This document shows, piece by piece, positions 52,974 through 56,719 of a stretch of DNA of 56,719 bases. Made by a program: the position numbers and the translations under genes. The DNA comes from a virus (taxonomy: Duplodnaviria; Caudoviricetes). The notes under the pieces are model-generated. The model was given only the letters and a program-made list of their open reading frames with translations. It was not told where the DNA came from and made no database searches. The stretch's first letter is position 1. Every line of letters begins with the position of its first letter. The stretch covers positions 1 through 56,719 of the IMG/VR virus record IMGVR_UViG_3300024243_000022, one strand, 5' to 3'.

Positions 52974-53651
52974 ATGCATGAACTAAATCGCATCAACAAA
53001 CAAATCTTTGACTTACAGGCCCATAAGCGTCAGATTAAAGAAGCAATCCAGGTCATTGATACAAGCAACATGACCAAGCAAGAGATCATCGACAAAGCCA
53101 TGACACTGCCCGAGATACCAGAGCATCTCTGGGAAGCTATGCAAGACTTCGGTTTTCAGACAGGCTCCTCAGTATTTGGCAATATAAACACTCCATCAGA
53201 TATTGACTGGGTCGTGAACCTCCCAGCCTATGCCTTCTATTATTCTGGTTGTGCCTTAACGTGTGGCAAAATACAGGCCAACTACATTGACGAAGGCAGC
53301 AAAGACTTTGTTCCGTTCTATGCAAACAAAGACGGTAAGCTATACAACATCATCTGCATCGGAAGTTACTACAAGCTGGAAGCGTGGAAAGAAACCACAA
53401 GGATTATGACTGACTTATCTAACTATGACGCACTTAAAGACATCATGAAGACTAAGTGGAAACGTGTCAGGTTGTTCAGAGCCTTGACTGACGTCTTTGA
53501 GCCTGTCAAACCGCTGTATCATCGTCTTGATATCGCAGAAGCTCATCAATATGACATATGCTGCAGCTGTGGTCGTGAAGCCGTGAACTTTACATGCAAG
53601 GCTGCCAAGGATCATTACAAGGCAACAGGTGTTTGTGAGAGGTGTGCATAA
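52974..53651 (+). CDS. putative Pol-beta-superfamily nucleotidyltransferase with C-terminal Zn finger
   Basis: TGSSVFG...SDIDWVV (GS-x-DxD); CCSC...CERC; GAGGAG SD before ATG 52974. Confidence 0.65.
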   Translation: MHELNRINKQIFDLQAHKRQIKEAIQVIDTSNMTKQEIIDKAMTLPEIPEHLWEAMQDFGFQTGSSVFGNINTPSDIDWVVNLPAYAFYYSGCALTCGKIQANYIDEGSKDFVPFYANKDGKLYNIICIGSYYKLEAWKETTRIMTDLSNYDALKDIMKTKWKRVRLFRALTDVFEPVKPLYHRLDIAEAHQYDICCSCGREAVNFTCKAAKDHYKATGVCERCA

Positions 53652-53962
53652 TGGATGTTAAAGAAACTTTGAAGGAAAGACAAGGCACACACGGCGCCTT
53701 TAGTGAGAACGCTGTGGCGTCTCAAGCCTTAAAGACTACTATCACTAACCAGAAAAGTACTCATGTGTACCTAGACGCCGTACAACAAGAAGTGCTGGAT
53801 GTTATATGTGCCAAGATTGCACGAATCATAACAGGCGATCCAGACCATACTGACTCATGGCACGATATAGCTGGCTATGCTATGCTTGCGGAGCAAGATA
53901 TAACTGATAAGTATAAAGACACAGGCAAAGAACCATGGGTAGGACACGTAGATGAACAGTAA
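53651..53962 (+). CDS. DUF6378-like protein
   Basis: ETLKERQGTHG.F...KIARI..GDP.H.DSWHDIAGYA.L. Confidence 0.85.
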   Translation: MDVKETLKERQGTHGAFSENAVASQALKTTITNQKSTHVYLDAVQQEVLDVICAKIARIITGDPDHTDSWHDIAGYAMLAEQDITDKYKDTGKEPWVGHVDEQ

Positions 53963-55916
53963 ACTCTGGCTTGACTTTGAGTCGTACAGCGAAGTGGACC
54001 TGCGAAAGCATGGCTCACTTCGCTATGCACATCATGAGTCAACAAACGTAATTTGTCTAGGGTACGCTTTCGACGATGAACTTACACAACTGTGGACTCC
54101 TGCTCAAGAGTTTCCAGAAGCTATACGTGCATACATGGAGAATGGAGGACCTGTGTATGCACACAATGCGATATTTGACTACCGTATATGGAATGAAGTG
54201 TTAGTTCCGTCCTTTGATGAAATCCCCACCATGTCTCTACATCAGTGTGTAGACACCGCTGCGCTTTGTCTTACCTACACACTCCCAGCATCTCTGGCTA
54301 AAGCTGGTGCTGCGTTGAACATTAGCTTACCAAAACTTGAAGAGGGTGTGAGACTAATCAACAAGTGTTGCAAGCCTAACAAAGCTGGCGAGCAGCCATC
54401 ATACTTTGATATACCTGATACTTTCAAAGAACTATTCATGTACTGTAAAAGAGACGTTGACGCAATGCGTGAGATTGTCAACACTCTACCTCGGCAAGAG
54501 CTGCTTCCTATAGAACAAGAAGTATGGGAACTCACTGCCAGCATGAATAGAACTGGACTACCTGTTGACATACGTACTGTACGAAATGTCTTAGCGTACT
54601 TAAACAAGTATGTTAAAACAGAGATGTCCAAGGTTGCTACTATCACTGGGGGTCGTATACAGACTGTTGGTCAAACACAGAAGATAAGAGACTGGTGTGA
54701 AGAGAAAGGTGTTGTACTACCTAACTTACAAGCACCAACAGTTGCTGAAGCTATATCAGATGAACGTCTGCCAGAAGAAGTACTTAGCCTATTGAAGCTT
54801 AGACAAGAACTTGGTAGAACATCTACAGCCAAGTTTAAGAAGATCAAAGAACTTGAGATGGATGGTTACGTACACGATAACATTCAGTACCATGGAAGTA
54901 ACACTGGTCGATGGGCTGGTCGAGGCTTCCAGATGCATAACTTGCCTCGTGCCAAAGTTCCTAACCCAGAGCACTATATAGAGATGTTTAAAAGTAAGAA
55001 GATTATAGATGATCCAGTTACGATCGGAAAAGCTCTTATAAGGCCTATGATCTTAGCTCCTAAAGGTATGATGCTTATGGTATCAGATTATAGTTCTATT
55101 GAGAATAGGATACTAGCATGGCTTGCTGGAGACACTCATACACTAGATGTTTTTAGACAAGGCTTAGATCAATATAAGGACATGGCAACGCATCTTTATA
55201 AAGTAGAGTATGACGACGTTACCAAAGCACAGCGCCAGATGGCCAAGATGGTGGTTTTGGGATGCGGCTACCAAATGGGCTGGCGAAGGTTTAAAGAATC
55301 AGCTCAAGACTGGGACGTGTATCTAACAGACGAAGAAGCCAAGCATATAGTGGACATGTATCGAGAGAAGTACGACCTCATTGTAGACATGTGGAACGAC
55401 CTGAAGCTAGCAGGTATCAGAGCTATAATAACTGGTAAGAAACAAACCTTTGGTCAACTGAATCTAGGTACAGCACGTGTCAATGGTATACGATGGCTGG
55501 CGATGCAACTCCCTTCTGGAAAGAGCATCTATTATATGAACCCAAGTGTGCAAGAGAAGTACATCCCTGGGTATGAGACGATGGGTAAGGTGCCTACTAT
55601 CATGCACTGGGGAGTAAATCCATACAGCAAGAAATGGAGTGAACTTAAAGTAACTCCTGGTCGACTGACTGAGAATGCAACACAAGCCACAGCTCGTGAA
55701 GTTATGGCATATGGTATGCTGAATGTCCAGAAGAATATGCCTGAGGCTACACTGATAGGAACAGTACACGATGAGGCGTTAAGTTTGATTGATGAGAAAC
55801 TCGCTGTGTCAGAAACCATGGATAAGTTTAACCTTGAGTTGTGCACTGTACCATGGGCTAAGGACTGTCCTCTGGCAGCAGAAGGATACTTTGAGAAACG
55901 TTATAAGAAAGACTAA
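53952..55916 (+). CDS. polA: family A DNA polymerase with 3'-5' exonuclease (APSE-like), Leu at the 762-equivalent position
   Basis: LDFESYS, AHNAIFD, YCKRDV exonuclease motifs; TGRWAG; SDYSSIENR; RQMAKMVVLGCGY; TVHDE. Confidence 0.96.
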   Translation: MNSKLWLDFESYSEVDLRKHGSLRYAHHESTNVICLGYAFDDELTQLWTPAQEFPEAIRAYMENGGPVYAHNAIFDYRIWNEVLVPSFDEIPTMSLHQCVDTAALCLTYTLPASLAKAGAALNISLPKLEEGVRLINKCCKPNKAGEQPSYFDIPDTFKELFMYCKRDVDAMREIVNTLPRQELLPIEQEVWELTASMNRTGLPVDIRTVRNVLAYLNKYVKTEMSKVATITGGRIQTVGQTQKIRDWCEEKGVVLPNLQAPTVAEAISDERLPEEVLSLLKLRQELGRTSTAKFKKIKELEMDGYVHDNIQYHGSNTGRWAGRGFQMHNLPRAKVPNPEHYIEMFKSKKIIDDPVTIGKALIRPMILAPKGMMLMVSDYSSIENRILAWLAGDTHTLDVFRQGLDQYKDMATHLYKVEYDDVTKAQRQMAKMVVLGCGYQMGWRRFKESAQDWDVYLTDEEAKHIVDMYREKYDLIVDMWNDLKLAGIRAIITGKKQTFGQLNLGTARVNGIRWLAMQLPSGKSIYYMNPSVQEKYIPGYETMGKVPTIMHWGVNPYSKKWSELKVTPGRLTENATQATAREVMAYGMLNVQKNMPEATLIGTVHDEALSLIDEKLAVSETMDKFNLELCTVPWAKDCPLAAEGYFEKRYKKD

Positions 55917-55930
55917 AGGAAAATAAAAAA

Positions 55931-56245
55931 ATGCTTAATCCTTTTAAAAAAGCGATGCTTGAATGTGATGATCAGGATGGAAAAGAAAGACTGTGGGGAT
56001 GGTTTGAATTAAGTTATGCCAGTTTTTTAGTTATTCCAAGAGTTTTGATGCACTCGATGCCCGATGATTGGCAGAACCAAATGGCTTCCTTGCTTGAAGA
56101 ATATCAAGATACCTTTCCAAACCAACCAGATATTGGAACAAGGATTCAGGCTACAAAAAATGGCAAACTTACCAAAATGCCAGAATTTTTAAAAAACTAT
56201 CGGCACCCTGATCATAGGGTTATCGAAAAGATGAAAGGAAAATAA
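55931..56245 (+). CDS. hypothetical protein
   Basis: WFELSYASFLVIPRVLMHSMPDDWQ; flanked by direct repeats. Confidence 0.75.
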   Translation: MLNPFKKAMLECDDQDGKERLWGWFELSYASFLVIPRVLMHSMPDDWQNQMASLLEEYQDTFPNQPDIGTRIQATKNGKLTKMPEFLKNYRHPDHRVIEKMKGK

Positions 56246-56247
56246 AA

Positions 56248-56523
56248 ATGCTTAATCCTTTTAAAAAAGAACGCTTCATAGTTTGGCACAATGATACTGC
56301 TGATCGTGTGATTGTTGAAAGAAATTGGTTTCAACGGTTGTTGTATCCTATTTGTTTTGCAACTTGTACCGAAATTATGAAGTCAAGCCAGATTAAAATA
56401 AAAATAGATTCTGCTGAAAAGTTTGTTGAGCATATAAAATCACATCTTGCCGATGATGAATATGTAGTTTGTAAGATATGTGGAAAATCCGTTGAAGAAA
56501 TATATATAGATTCAACTAACTAA
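56248..56523 (+). CDS. hypothetical protein
   Basis: Same MLNPFKK start as the previous gene; CKICGK. Confidence 0.65.
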   Translation: MLNPFKKERFIVWHNDTADRVIVERNWFQRLLYPICFATCTEIMKSSQIKIKIDSAEKFVEHIKSHLADDEYVVCKICGKSVEEIYIDSTN

Positions 56524-56550
56524 TATATATAATTTAAAGAGGTGGTTATT

Positions 56551-56719
56551 ATGACGTTTAGGCAAAAAGTTTTAAAACTTGCAAAAAGTTTTAAAGCTGC
56601 GGTGACTGTAGACAAAACAGAAAATGAGTTTGATATAGAAGTTCTCGCACCGGCTGGCTTCTATTGGGCAGAAGGTGGGGATTGTCATATACTCGTAGCA
56701 AATAAATACTACACTGAAA
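56551..56719 (+). CDS. hypothetical protein, truncated by the window end
   Basis: GAGGTG SD, ATG 56551, open to the end. Confidence 0.55.
   Translation, partial: MTFRQKVLKLAKSFKAAVTVDKTENEFDIEVLAPAGFYWAEGGDCHILVANKYYTE

Noticed and set aside
1-56719. tRNA/rRNA genes, reverse transcriptase/DGR, introns or inteins
   Set aside because: No cloverleaf/T-loop signatures, RT motifs or interrupted core genes seen by eye; tRNAscan-SE and Infernal would be needed to exclude them formally.

Overview
The window looks like most or all of a ~57 kb lytic-type, short-tailed (podovirus-like) dsDNA phage genome, opened at an arbitrary point and arranged in two divergent arms. The minus arm (38591->6358) is virion and lysis: putative TerS, TerL, P22-like portal, scaffold, an inserted endonuclease VII, N4-gp56-type major capsid, two paralogous decoration proteins, adaptor, nozzle, fibre, a LamG/discoidin receptor-binding protein, cysteine and M15 peptidases, three putative ejection proteins and a 3275-aa polyvalent protein. 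The plus arm (39429->56719, apparently continuing 1->6316) is early and replication: many small genes, primase/VapE helicase, DUF2800 nuclease, ThyX, dimeric dUTPase, DUF2815 SSB, a Pol-beta-type nucleotidyltransferase, family A DNA polymerase, VRR-NUC, ATP-dependent ligase, SNF2 helicase and dCMP deaminase. The most unusual part is 38.8-43 kb. It has tandem 63-67 bp repeats, a 164-bp tract with a single G/C base, a promoter followed by a boxA-like motif and a 15-bp long-range stem enclosing two genes, and two copies of a covarying pseudoknot-like RNA motif. It also has a cassette array of 52-bp hairpin+RBS repeats, three of four winged-HTH paralogues (the fourth is at 50.4 kb), repeated promoters framed by CACCAA-N29-TTGGTG, and iteron-like repeats. 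No integrase, tRNA, rRNA or CRISPR array was recognised. All family assignments come from motif recognition by eye, not database searches.
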